The notes: a model not told the origin generated them from the letters alone. DNA of 24,000 bases from Pseudomonadota bacterium (GCA_023436885.1 JAEZHI010000038.1:1-24000), one strand, 5' to 3'. Numbered from the stretch's first letter, positions 1 through 8,318 are shown. Made by a program: numbers and translations.

Positions 1-1
1 C

Positions 2-115
2 ATCGACCTCAGGAACATCTACCGTCCCGAGGAAGTCGAGAAGCACGGCTTCAGCTACCTCAGCGTCGGCAGAGGCACACAGCTTGCCGGCTCCGTGGCG
101 GAGGCAGCCGAGTAA
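2..115 (+). CDS. UDP-glucose/GDP-mannose 6-dehydrogenase family protein, C-terminal fragment (gene runs off the left edge)
   Basis: Frame 2 reads IDLRNIYRPEEVEKHGFSYLSVGRGTQLAGSVAEAAE, then TAA at 113-115. The DLRN.Y.P......GF.Y.S.GR ending resembles the C-termini of UDP-glucose 6-dehydrogenases. It is absent from the ORF track because it is 5'-truncated. The family call rests on only 37 residues. Confidence 0.5.
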   Translation: MDLRNIYRPEEVEKHGFSYLSVGRGTQLAGSVAEAAE

Positions 116-182
116 TGAGGTTCCTGACTACAGGCACAGCCGGCTTCATCGGCCAAACTTCCAACGCCGGATTCCCATAAGG

Positions 183-226
183 CCGGAAAACCAAAGGGCA
201 AGCGACTCGAAAAGCCGCTTGCCCTT
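183..226 (-). terminator. Rho-independent terminator downstream of the manC-like gene (hairpin usable on both strands between convergent genes)
   Basis: Perfect 11-bp stem, AAGGGCAAGCG (194-204) pairing with CGCTTGCCCTT (216-226), with an 11-nt loop. On the minus strand the hairpin is followed by TTTGGTTTTCC (193-183). It lies 43 nt past the minus-strand stop at 269. Confidence 0.6.
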
Positions 227-268
227 CAGACATAATCAAACGGCAGGCAATCAGCCGCCATTTGTCCC

Positions 269-1699
269 TTAGCTGCGCTGATAAATATCCTCGATCCGCT
301 CGATATCGTCGTTACCAAGATAGGCGCCAGACTGCACTTCTATCAGTTCGAGGGGTATCTTCCCACGGTTGGACAGCCGGTGCTTGGCGCCAAGCGGCAC
401 ATAAGCAGACTGATTGATCGCGAGAAGGCGCGGCGCCTCCCCCTCGATCTCAATCGTCGCCGTGCCGTTCACCACGACCCAGTGCTCGGCCCGATGCTGG
501 TGGCGCTGCAGCGATAGCACACCACCAGGATCAACCACGATATGCTTGACGGCATAGTGGGTTCCGGCGACCAATGACTCAATATAGCCCCAGGGGCGGA
601 AATCGCGACGGTGCAACGTCGCCTCGTCACGCCCGCCTTCCTTCAGGGCATCGACCAACCCCTTGACCGCTTGAGCCTGTTCACGAGGCGCAACCATTAC
701 CGCGTCGGGCGTCGCGACGACCAGAAGACCTTCGGCCCCGACAACAGTCGTCAGGATGCCCTGACTGTGAACCAGACAATCCCGCGAAGCGAGTATCACA
801 CCGTCGCCATGGACGGCATTGCCCTCATCGTCGCGATCACTCACCTGCCAGATCGCATCCCAGGCGCCAACATCCGACCAGCGGAAACGTCCCTTGACCA
901 CGGCAATCTCCGTGGTCTTTTCGATCACCGCATAGTCGATCGAGGTCTTGCGCGCTGTCGCGAAAGCTTCCGGATCGAGCCTGACAAAGCCAATGTCTTC
1001 CGCAGCCTTGTCGACGGCCTCGGAGGCTGAAATACTGATGTCAGCCGCATACTTGCCGAACTCGGCGAGCATATGGCTGGCCTTGAACAGGAAGTTACCC
1101 GAGTTCCACAGATAGCCCTGCTTGAGATACTCAAGCGCCGTCGTGGCGTTGGGCTTCTCGACAAAGGCATCGACGAGACAAAGGTCATCGTTGCCGTAAA
1201 GTGCGGCACCGGGGCGAATGTAGCCGTAAGCAGTCTTCGGTTCCGTCGGCACGAGACCGAACACGACGATCTTGCCGTCCTCCGCAGCCTTGAGGCCAAG
1301 GCGGACCGCATCACGGAACACCTCGTCGTCGAGAACCACATGGTCGGCAGCGAGCGCCAGAACGGCGCTGCCGGGACGCGTCTTCTCGACATAGGCGGCA
1401 GCGGCGGCCACGGCGGCAGCGCTGTCGCGACGAGCCGGCTCCAGAACCACTGTCACATTGACACCCACGTCCGCCGCCTGACGACGGGCAAAGAAGCGGA
1501 AGGCGTCGGAGGTGATCACCACCGGGTCATCAAACAGGGTGGGATCGGCGACACGTCGCAGTGTCTCCTGATAAGTCGACAGATCACCGGTCAGCGGCTG
1601 GAACTGCTTGGGAAACGCATCGCGTGAAGCCGGCCAGAGACGGGTGCCGGAGCCGCCCGCCAGAATGACGGGAACGATCTTGGGGGATCCTTTTGTCAT
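269..1699 (-). CDS. manC: Bifunctional mannose-1-phosphate guanylyltransferase / mannose-6-phosphate isomerase (type II PMI-GMP)
   Basis: 476 aa. N-terminal nucleotidyltransferase motif VILAGGSGTRLWPASR. C-terminal cupin region RPWGY...VKHIVVDPGGVLSLQRHQHRAEHWVVVNG, typical of ManC/CpsB/XanB/NoeJ enzymes. Sits 8 nt downstream of the phosphomannomutase gene on the same strand. Confidence 0.9.
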   Translation of the reverse strand: MTKGSPKIVPVILAGGSGTRLWPASRDAFPKQFQPLTGDLSTYQETLRRVADPTLFDDPVVITSDAFRFFARRQAADVGVNVTVVLEPARRDSAAAVAAAAAYVEKTRPGSAVLALAADHVVLDDEVFRDAVRLGLKAAEDGKIVVFGLVPTEPKTAYGYIRPGAALYGNDDLCLVDAFVEKPNATTALEYLKQGYLWNSGNFLFKASHMLAEFGKYAADISISASEAVDKAAEDIGFVRLDPEAFATARKTSIDYAVIEKTTEIAVVKGRFRWSDVGAWDAIWQVSDRDDEGNAVHGDGVILASRDCLVHSQGILTTVVGAEGLLVVATPDAVMVAPREQAQAVKGLVDALKEGGRDEATLHRRDFRPWGYIESLVAGTHYAVKHIVVDPGGVLSLQRHQHRAEHWVVVNGTATIEIEGEAPRLLAINQSAYVPLGAKHRLSNRGKIPLELIEVQSGAYLGNDDIERIEDIYQRS

Positions 1700-1707
1700 C
1701 GGTTCTC

Positions 1708-3114
1708 TCAGGCAGCGAAATGGCGGTTGAGGGCGACGAGCATGTCGGCAAGCAACGCGTCGGTCGCTTCGACGCTATCGGTTTCGACATAGCAGCGGAG
1801 TTCAGGTGCATTCCCGGACTGGCGGAAATGAACGATATTTCCACTCGAGAGCACCAAGCGAAGCCCGTCCGTATGATCGACGGCGACAGGCGAAGCGAGG
1901 CGCGGGTCGAGCGCAACACGGGCCTCGCGCGAACTGTCCAGAGCAGCCATCAGCTTTGCCCCATCGGCAGGGGCAATCTTTTTGAGGCGATCTGCCTTCA
2001 TGACACGTGGCGGCAGATCGGCAACGAGAGCCGACAGCGGCCGCTTGGCTTCGGCTGCCGCGACCAGCGCCGTCACCATTGGAAGAATAGCATCGCGAGT
2101 CGGCAACCGCTTCAGCGAACCGCCGGAAAGAGTGATGTCACTTTCGATGAGGAAACCGCCATTGGCCTCAAAACCAACCACCGGCGCCGCTTTGGCGGCA
2201 GCCATTCCGGCCACCACATAGGGCGAGCCGATGCGGGTGCGAACAACGGTTTCGAACCAGCCGGTCATCTCGATGGCGGACGTCGAGGAAATCGGCGTTA
2301 CCACCGTTTTCGCACCGAGGCGGCGGGCCGTGAGAATGCCGAGCACGTCACCGTTTACCTGGCGGCCGCTTTCGTCGATCACCAGCGGGCGGTCACCGTC
2401 ACCGTCGGTCGAAACGACCGCATCAAGTCGATGAGCGGCGATCTCGGCCTTGGCGCGAGCCAGATCGGCCGGATCGAGCGCTTCGGTGTCAACGGCGATG
2501 AAATGGTCCGAGCGCCGGAACGGAAAGACTTCGGCCCCAAGTCCCTCGATAATACGAGCCGTCAGATCGCGCCCGACGGCGGAATGCAGATCGAGCCCAA
2601 CCCTCAGCCCCTTGAGAGGCTTGCCCGCGAAAGCATTGATGTAACGAGCAACATAGGCTTCCGCGATAGCCGGATCGACGGGCGGCAAGCTGCCGCCGCC
2701 GGCAGAAAGATTCCCGGCAAGCAGAACCTCGGCGCGCTCACGGGCCGGTGCCTCGTCCTCCTTCAGAAACTCACCGTCGGGGCGATAGAACTTGATGCCG
2801 TTATAATCTTCGGGAATGTGGCTGCCGGTCACCATGACGGCCGGCGATTGTCGCTCCAAAGAATAGGCCGCGAGGGCCGGGGTCGGCACATTGCCGGCGT
2901 AAACGGGCGTCCATCCCGCCGCAGCGATCGCTGCGGCGGCATAGCCAGCGATCTCAGGACTGGATGCTCTGAGATCGGCGCCGAGGTAGACCGTTCTGGA
3001 TGAAGCGCTGGAACAAATGACCTCCAGAAAGGCACGCACATAAGCAGCCGTGGTAGAGCCGGTAAAATCAATAGCTGGGCCACGCAGACCCGAAGTTCCA
3101 AAACTGACGGACAT
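1708..3114 (-). CDS. manB: Phosphomannomutase/phosphoglucomutase (alpha-D-phosphohexomutase family)
   Basis: N-terminus MSVSFGTSGLRG and the phosphoserine loop TGSHIPEDYNGIKF (T-x-S-H-x-P signature). The track ORF starts at a TTG at 3126. I prefer the in-frame ATG at 3114, but the start is not resolved. Confidence 0.9.
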   Translation of the reverse strand: MSVSFGTSGLRGPAIDFTGSTTAAYVRAFLEVICSSASSRTVYLGADLRASSPEIAGYAAAAIAAAGWTPVYAGNVPTPALAAYSLERQSPAVMVTGSHIPEDYNGIKFYRPDGEFLKEDEAPARERAEVLLAGNLSAGGGSLPPVDPAIAEAYVARYINAFAGKPLKGLRVGLDLHSAVGRDLTARIIEGLGAEVFPFRRSDHFIAVDTEALDPADLARAKAEIAAHRLDAVVSTDGDGDRPLVIDESGRQVNGDVLGILTARRLGAKTVVTPISSTSAIEMTGWFETVVRTRIGSPYVVAGMAAAKAAPVVGFEANGGFLIESDITLSGGSLKRLPTRDAILPMVTALVAAAEAKRPLSALVADLPPRVMKADRLKKIAPADGAKLMAALDSSREARVALDPRLASPVAVDHTDGLRLVLSSGNIVHFRQSGNAPELRCYVETDSVEATDALLADMLVALNRHFAA

Positions 3115-3260
3115 GGCATCTCGCAATCAAGAGGGAACGATGATCGGAAGAAGTAGTTGGAATCTATCGAAAGAACGGAAAAGCTTTGTACAGATCGTAT
3201 GTAGTCTAGCGGATCGGCGGAGGCAATCCCGCTCGATGCCTCTCGCCCGACTCGGTTAAG

Positions 3261-3992
3261 CTAGAAACGTACCAGGAGATAGGCGGGTTCCTGAGTATCG
3301 ACCCCGGCGATTGTGAAGCCGGCCGCAAGAGCTGCCTCCATTTCCCTGCGAACTCTCAAACGCTCTGCATTGGCGGTATCAGGATCGGTCCTGATCAGCC
3401 TGGCGAAATCGGACGGCAGGGCAATTCGGCGCGCAAGGGCTGTCTCATCCCTCGTCAGCATGGCCTCGCCCGATCGGCAGCGGGCATAGCGATCACCATC
3501 GAGCACCCAGTCAACCAGAAGCCGATCGGACGCTGTTCCTGCGTTGATGCCCCCCATCTCCCCATAATAGTCGCGATGGTAGGTTGAAGCCGTGGCTCCA
3601 AGACGAGCGATGTTGAGAGCGGCATTCGGAAGACGCAACGGATCATAGGTCCAGCGCACATGCCGGATACCGCGTTGAAGGCACCATTCTGCCTGATAGA
3701 GCTTCAGTTTGAGACCAAGCCCCAGACCTCTCGCTTCGACACGCACCGCCAGGCGGTGCGAGTGCTGCACGCCCGGCGTGACCGTTGGAAAGGCGAAAAC
3801 ATAGCCAATCAGACGGTCACCGAGAAAAGCGCCGGCAGCTAGGCCACCTTCCGCCTGGATGACCATCATCAGGTCGCCGGGATCGATCTTGTCGTCTGGC
3901 CCCCAAACATCGCGTTGAAGATCCTCCGCAGCGTGGAATTCGCTCATGCCCACGAGGTCGCGGATAATCGGCTGCGTTTCGGCGGGATTCAT
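3261..3992 (-). CDS. GNAT-fold acyl-CoA N-acyltransferase, possible N-succinyl/N-acetyl transferase partner of the upstream racemase-like enzyme
   Basis: 243 aa. The acyl-CoA binding motif-A-like segment is HRLAVRVEARGLGLGLKLKLYQAEW (R-x-x-G-x-G). Its ATG overlaps the stop of the upstream enolase-superfamily gene (ATGA, 3989-3992), which implies translational coupling. The acyl donor and acceptor cannot be read from the sequence. Confidence 0.65.
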   Translation of the reverse strand: MNPAETQPIIRDLVGMSEFHAAEDLQRDVWGPDDKIDPGDLMMVIQAEGGLAAGAFLGDRLIGYVFAFPTVTPGVQHSHRLAVRVEARGLGLGLKLKLYQAEWCLQRGIRHVRWTYDPLRLPNAALNIARLGATASTYHRDYYGEMGGINAGTASDRLLVDWVLDGDRYARCRSGEAMLTRDETALARRIALPSDFARLIRTDPDTANAERLRVRREMEAALAAGFTIAGVDTQEPAYLLVRF

Positions 3993-5107
3993 GTCGAGAA
4001 AGTCCTGACCGAGCGTGTGACGCCATCCAAGGCATCGCGATCAAGGTGAACGCCGATTCCAGATCCATCAGGCACCGGCATGCGCCCATCGATTGTCTCC
4101 AGCTTCTCGACGATGATATCGCGGTGGAAATAGCGACTTGCCGACGAAGTATCGCCGGGTTTCCGGAAGTTGGGCAGCGTCGAGAGATGGATATTGTGGG
4201 CGCGTCCGATACCCGATTCGAGCATCCCTCCGCACCAGACAGGAACATCAAAGGCAGCCGCAATGTCGTGGACCCGGATCGCTTCGGCGATGCCACCCAC
4301 CCGACCGACCTTGATATTGATGACGCGTGTCGCGTCAGCCTGGAGAGCCCTCCGAGCGTGGCCAACGCTTCGGATGCTTTCATCGAGACAGATCGGCGTC
4401 TTGAGCCGGCTCTGCAGCCGCGCATGGTCGACGATATCGTCGTGAGCGAGCGGTTGCTCAATGTATTCGAGATGGAAGTCATCAAGCCGGCCGAGTACCG
4501 CCCAATCCGAAAGGCGATAGGCGCTGTTGGCGTCGACCGAGAGCTTGATGGTAGGGAAGGATCGCCGCACCGCTTCCAAAAGCTCAATGTCATGTCCCGG
4601 CATGATCTTGAGCTTGATGCGCTTGTAGCCTTGCGCCACATGGCTCTCCACACGCCCAAGCGTCCCGTCGATCGCACCGATGCCCAGCGAGACACCGACG
4701 TCGACCGCATCGCCAGAGCCACCGATCAACGTCTTGAGCGGGAGATCTAGCCATTTGGCCCAAAGATCCCAAAAGGCCATTTCCACCGTGGCAAGTGCCA
4801 TGCGATTGCCACGCCAAGGCGAAAGCAACCTCTCTACCGCCGCTGGATTGTCGAAAGACCGCCCCATCATGGACGGCAGAATTGTCTCGCCGATCAGATC
4901 TATGGCACCCGCGATCGTCTCCTCAAGGAAGTCCGGCAACGGATCCATGACACCCTCGGCATAGCCCTCAAGCCCACCCGCGGACAATGTCACCAGCGGA
5001 AAGACGCGCTCGGTCATGGTGCCGGTCGAGATCGTGAAGGGATTGATGAGCGGCAACCTGACGAGCCTCAACTCGGCACGCTCAATAGGCGGAAGTGGAC
5101 GCGGCAT
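3989..5107 (-). CDS. Enolase-superfamily enzyme of the o-succinylbenzoate synthase / N-acyl(succinyl)amino acid racemase (MenC/NSAR) family
   Basis: KxK catalytic motif (YKRIKLKIMPG). Metal-ligand motifs SVDANSAY, EYIEQPL and CLDESI. Second catalytic Lys in INIKVGRVGG. C-terminal CGGMLESGIG. The track ORF starts at TTG 5164, but ATG 5107 (MPRPLPPIERAEL) is preceded by GGAGG with an 8-nt spacer and gives a family-typical length of about 372 aa. Confidence 0.85.
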   Translation of the reverse strand: MPRPLPPIERAELRLVRLPLINPFTISTGTMTERVFPLVTLSAGGLEGYAEGVMDPLPDFLEETIAGAIDLIGETILPSMMGRSFDNPAAVERLLSPWRGNRMALATVEMAFWDLWAKWLDLPLKTLIGGSGDAVDVGVSLGIGAIDGTLGRVESHVAQGYKRIKLKIMPGHDIELLEAVRRSFPTIKLSVDANSAYRLSDWAVLGRLDDFHLEYIEQPLAHDDIVDHARLQSRLKTPICLDESIRSVGHARRALQADATRVINIKVGRVGGIAEAIRVHDIAAAFDVPVWCGGMLESGIGRAHNIHLSTLPNFRKPGDTSSASRYFHRDIIVEKLETIDGRMPVPDGSGIGVHLDRDALDGVTRSVRTFST

Positions 5108-5167
5108 CGGCAGAACCTCCGGGAAGTGATCACGAACGGTAGGCTCCTGCAAGTTTCTTTGCAAGAT

Positions 5168-5191
5168 TGACAGCCGGCAATTTCCCTGTCA
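5168..5191. promoter_or_regulatory. Inverted repeat TGACAG-N12-CTGTCA in the divergent intergenic region (candidate operator)
   Basis: TGACAG (5168-5173) and CTGTCA (5186-5191) are exact reverse complements. They lie between the minus-strand racemase-like start (5107) and the plus-strand RpiR start (5215). With only 6-bp arms, the statistical support is modest. Confidence 0.3.
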
Positions 5192-5214
5192 GCGTCCATC
5201 TAAACACCGGAGAG

Positions 5215-6186
5215 ATGGGCGTGAAGGAATCGCGTGGCGCAAAGGAAACGTCGGGATCGGGCGCGGACCTTCGGCGCCGGATCGAAGAAAGCCTTGCTTC
5301 AGCCACCCACACCGAAGCAGCCATCGCCAGCTTCTTCCTGAGTGACCTTTCCAGCCTGCCCTTCGAAACAGCCGGATCGATTGCTCGCCGTATCGGCGTG
5401 TCGGAAGCCTCGGTCGGCCGCTATTGTCGCGCCATTGGCTTTCGTCATTTCAAGGACCTGAAGGGATCGCTCCGGATGGACCTTGGCGACCGCGCCTTTC
5501 TGATCGGCGACCGGCTGCGCGACTTTGCCGAGCGCAGCCGTGGCGGGGAGAGTCGCGCTCTCGAAAAGGAAATCGCGGCCATCGTTGCCAATCATGAGCT
5601 GGCGGCGACCCCGGCTTTTCGCGATGTGGCAGCGCGGCTTGCCCATGCCAAGACGGTGTTTGTCGCCGGCTTTCAGACGGAACGCGGCCATGCCCAGTAT
5701 CTGGCACACGGGCTTTCCTATCTTCGACCCGGCGTGCATTTGATGGATACAGCCGACGGCACTTTCGCCGACCTCCTGCTTGATACGCCGTCGGAGGCCG
5801 CACTGGTCATCATCGACGGCCGGCGCTATTCGCGACTCGCACGCCACCTGGGCATCGCGGCCCGGACAGCCGGCGCACATGTGACGCTGATTACTGACCC
5901 CTATTGCACCTGGGGTCGCGAAGCCGCAGACGAAATGTTCGCCGTTCGCACCGATTTCGATCAGTTCTGGGATGCAACGTCAGCCATGGCCAGCCTGATC
6001 GGGCTGCTGGTCAACGCAGTCTTCGGCGAGCTCGGACCTGCGGTTGAGGCCCGGCTCAGTGCGGTTTCAGCTCTCTATGGTGACTTTATCGGTCATACCG
6101 CCGCAGGTGGAAAAAGCATGGATCGGCCCGTGCGACGAATCACCCCAGTTCGCCCGCGCCGAAAGACCGAAACACCGCATCGATAG
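5215..6186 (+). CDS. RpiR/MurR-family transcriptional regulator (N-terminal HTH plus C-terminal SIS domain)
   Basis: The HTH region is ETAGSIARRIGVSEASVGRYCRAIGFRHFKDLK. A SIS-like body follows (TVFVAGFQTERGHAQYLAHGL...LVIIDGRRYS). The track ORF starts at TTG 5167. ATG 5215 is chosen because it leaves a family-typical N-terminal length and is preceded by GGAGAG, though the spacing is short. The start is uncertain. Confidence 0.85.
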   Translation: MGVKESRGAKETSGSGADLRRRIEESLASATHTEAAIASFFLSDLSSLPFETAGSIARRIGVSEASVGRYCRAIGFRHFKDLKGSLRMDLGDRAFLIGDRLRDFAERSRGGESRALEKEIAAIVANHELAATPAFRDVAARLAHAKTVFVAGFQTERGHAQYLAHGLSYLRPGVHLMDTADGTFADLLLDTPSEAALVIIDGRRYSRLARHLGIAARTAGAHVTLITDPYCTWGREAADEMFAVRTDFDQFWDATSAMASLIGLLVNAVFGELGPAVEARLSAVSALYGDFIGHTAAGGKSMDRPVRRITPVRPRRKTETPHR

Positions 6187-6224
6187 CGCCATTGGGTTGC
6201 TGGCCGGGCTCGCCAAAAGCAAAT

Positions 6225-6251
6225 GCGCCCGGATCCTGACGGATCGGGCGC
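6225..6251. terminator. Strong hairpin between convergent genes (probable bidirectional terminator)
   Basis: GCGCCCGGATCC (6225-6236), loop TGAC, then GGATCGGGCGC (6241-6251), giving 11 pairs with one bulged G. An A/T-rich run CCAATATTTAAG follows on the plus strand, and GCATTTGCTTTTGG follows on the minus strand. It lies 39 nt after the RpiR stop and 35 nt after the small minus-strand ORF stop. Confidence 0.5.
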
Positions 6252-6285
6252 CAATATTTAAGTCATCAGCCGAAGATCAAGCGTA

Positions 6286-6429
6286 TCAGAGACCGGCAAC
6301 TCGGCTGCTGCCAGCGCGGACATACTGACGCTCGCGGAATTCCGAACCGAAACCGCGCACGTAGCTCGTACCCCGCTCGACGGCGCGCGACTCGCGGAAC
6401 GTCTTGTTGAGGGCAGCCTGGGCGAACAT
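6286..6429 (-). CDS. Small basic hypothetical protein (47 aa)
   Basis: MFAQAALNKTFRESRAVERGTSYVRGFGSEFRERQYVRAGSSRVAGL. The ATG at 6429 is preceded by AGGAAAGGAAACCGAA, a strong Shine-Dalgarno with about 6-nt spacing. By my hand count about three quarters of third codon positions are G/C, which matches real genes in this window. I recognise no family. The track ORF (6286-6489) extends further upstream. Confidence 0.4.
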   Translation of the reverse strand: MFAQAALNKTFRESRAVERGTSYVRGFGSEFRERQYVRAGSSRVAGL

Positions 6430-6779
6430 TTCGGTTTCCTTTCCTGATGACAAACGGTCATATCCGATGCCGCTCATATAGGCCACCATTGCCTTATACG
6501 AAAGTCGTAATCAGTGAAGGCGGGCCAAAGAAAATCTGAAACCGGCGTTAGCTTATCCTTTACCCTTTCGATGAAGCGCAAGGTGGCGCCCCGAACGGCT
6601 GGACTCATCTTTCGCCCTCAAAATGGCGGCGCCAATTGGAAGAACGGGCTTTCAAGACCGACGGCCATCGGTAACCCTCCGGCTGGACAAGGCATTGTTT
6701 ATCTCGCTTGATGCGCCAAATCATGGTCGCATCGGCCTGAGCGGCCTATCATGGATGCGTCCGAAAACGAGGAACCGCC

Positions 6780-8318
6780 ATGACCGAGACGCTGAGCCAG
6801 CTGCGCAGGATCGCGCAGAACCCCACTCTGAGCTTCAAGCAGAAGGAACATGCGCTGGCGGTCGAGGCCGAGAACATGCTTCCCTATGTGCTGCTCGATG
6901 CCGAGACCCGTGCAGCACTCGATGCGCGCATCATCTGCGACATGTACGAGGGCAACGCGCCCTACAAGCCGCGATATGTGCTGCCTGATTACGAAGCTGT
7001 TCTCAAAAGCGGTTCGGCCCATCTCGAGCTGCCGAAGCCGGAAACGCTCGATGAGGCAATCAACACGCTGCAGATTGCCTATCACCATGTTCCCTCGGTG
7101 ACGGGCATGCCGGTGTTCATCGGCCATCTCGATGCGCTGTTGCTGCCCTTCTGCGACGGCGTTTCAGATGATGAGCTCTATCGCAAGATCAAGCTGTTCT
7201 GGCGCTATATCGACCGCGTTTTGCCGGACGCCTTCCTGCACGCCGACATCGGTCCCACCGACAATCGCGTTGCCCGGGCCATTCTGAGGGTCGACGCCGA
7301 GCTGAAGCAGATCGCCCCCAACCTCACCTTCCTTTACGATCCCGAGATCAGCGGCGAAGCCATTCTGCGTCTTTGCACCGACAACATCATCGCTTGCTCG
7401 AAACCGCATATCGCCAACCACCCTATTCACCGCGAGGTGTTCGATGACCCCGGTTATGCGATCGTCAGCTGCTACAACGCCTTGCCGCTCAGGGGCGGGG
7501 CTGCCTCGCTGGCTCGCATCAACCTGAAGAAGGTTGCCGAGGCGAGCGCCAGCGAAACCGATTTCCTCGACGCCCAACTGCCACACTACGTCAAGCTCAA
7601 TGCCCGCCTGATGCGCGCCCGCATCGACTACCTGTTCCGTCAGTCCGGATTCTTCGAGAACAACTTCCTGGTCGAAGAAGGCTGGATCGACAAGGATCGC
7701 TTCACGGCGATGTTCGGCATCTTTGCGATGGCCGAGGCAGTCAATCATCTGCAGGACCTGGCCGGCCGAGCCGGGCGCTACGGACATGACGCCAACGCCA
7801 ACGCACTCGGCCACCGCATTTCGGCGCGCCTCGCCGGACTCGTCGAGCGCGAACCGATGGAGCACGTCTGGCGCGGGGGTGCCATGCTGCACGCCCAGGC
7901 CGGCCTTTCCAGCGATGCCGGCACCACGCCGGGCGTGCGCATTCCCTATGGCAGCGAGCCTGATCCGGTGAGCCATGTGCAGGCCCTCTTGCCGCACCAC
8001 CGGTACTATCTCTCCGGCGTCTCGGAGATTCTCACCCTCGACGAAACGGTGCGGGGCAATCCGGAAGCGGTGTTCCAGCTCGCCAAAGGCGCCTTGCAGC
8101 TCGGCTTCCGCGAGTTCACCGCCAATGTCAGCGGCAACGATCTGGTGCGCGTGACCGGCTTCATGGTTCGGCTCTCCGACATCAAACTCTACAACGAGGC
8201 AAAAGGATCGCGCGTCAACACCACCGCGCTCGGCGCCGAGGCAGCTGGAACGGTGCACATTCTCGATCGCAAGCCGCGTGTCGTCGGGCTGGAACTGATG
8301 GCGGGTTCAGGTGCCTGA
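6780..8318 (+). CDS. YjjI-type (DUF3029-like) glycyl radical enzyme, substrate unknown
   Basis: 512 aa. The C-terminal glycyl-radical fingerprint is NDLVRVTGFMVRLSD, with the candidate radical Gly at residue 460 (GGC 8157-8159), 52 residues from the C-terminus. The RBS GAGGAA lies upstream of the ATG. The stop overlaps the start of a glycyl-radical activase gene by 8 nt. The family call is from memory of the E. coli YjjI/YjjW pair (similar size and the same partner) and was not aligned. Confidence 0.75.
   Translation: MTETLSQLRRIAQNPTLSFKQKEHALAVEAENMLPYVLLDAETRAALDARIICDMYEGNAPYKPRYVLPDYEAVLKSGSAHLELPKPETLDEAINTLQIAYHHVPSVTGMPVFIGHLDALLLPFCDGVSDDELYRKIKLFWRYIDRVLPDAFLHADIGPTDNRVARAILRVDAELKQIAPNLTFLYDPEISGEAILRLCTDNIIACSKPHIANHPIHREVFDDPGYAIVSCYNALPLRGGAASLARINLKKVAEASASETDFLDAQLPHYVKLNARLMRARIDYLFRQSGFFENNFLVEEGWIDKDRFTAMFGIFAMAEAVNHLQDLAGRAGRYGHDANANALGHRISARLAGLVEREPMEHVWRGGAMLHAQAGLSSDAGTTPGVRIPYGSEPDPVSHVQALLPHHRYYLSGVSEILTLDETVRGNPEAVFQLAKGALQLGFREFTANVSGNDLVRVTGFMVRLSDIKLYNEAKGSRVNTTALGAEAAGTVHILDRKPRVVGLELMAGSGA

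Noticed and set aside
1693-3003. 436-aa plus-strand ORF covering most of the phosphomannomutase locus
   Set aside because: It lies antisense to a gene with clear family motifs. The translation is Arg/Gly/Ala-rich with no recognisable domain. This is the typical shadow ORF of high-GC DNA.
3817-4722. 301-aa minus-strand ORF overlapping the racemase-like and GNAT genes in another frame
   Set aside because: It is an off-frame reading of two well-supported genes. The composition is Ser/Arg/Ala-rich and low-complexity with no motifs.
5107-5164. N-terminal extensions offered by the ORF track (racemase-like gene from TTG 5164; similarly ligase from 9146, binding protein from 15662, proB from 21133)
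   Set aside because: Internal ATG codons with good Shine-Dalgarno sequences give family-typical N-termini. The extensions would overlap neighbouring genes or promoter regions. Starts remain unverified without experimental data.
6683-6699. Sigma-54-like -24/-12 element CTGGACAAGGCATTGTT
   Set aside because: The GG is present and the spacing fits. However, the invariant GC of the -12 box reads GT, several flanking consensus positions are wrong, and no enhancer-binding protein is encoded nearby.
6708-6723. FNR/FixK-like half sites TTGAT-N7-ATCA upstream of the glycyl radical enzyme gene
   Set aside because: An anaerobic activator site would make biological sense here. However, the spacing is 7 rather than the required 4 (TTGAT-N4-ATCAA) and the right half is incomplete, so it is not a credible anaerobox.
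6514-6988. Plus-strand ORFs of 65 and 121 aa in the leader region upstream of and overlapping the GRE start
   Set aside because: They have no RBS, the second runs out of frame into the well-supported GRE gene, and their composition is atypical. I treat the region as non-coding on the plus strand.
7164-8258. 364-aa minus-strand ORF inside the glycyl radical enzyme gene
   Set aside because: It lies antisense to the gene carrying the RVTGF fingerprint. It has no motifs and no plausible RBS, and is a shadow ORF.
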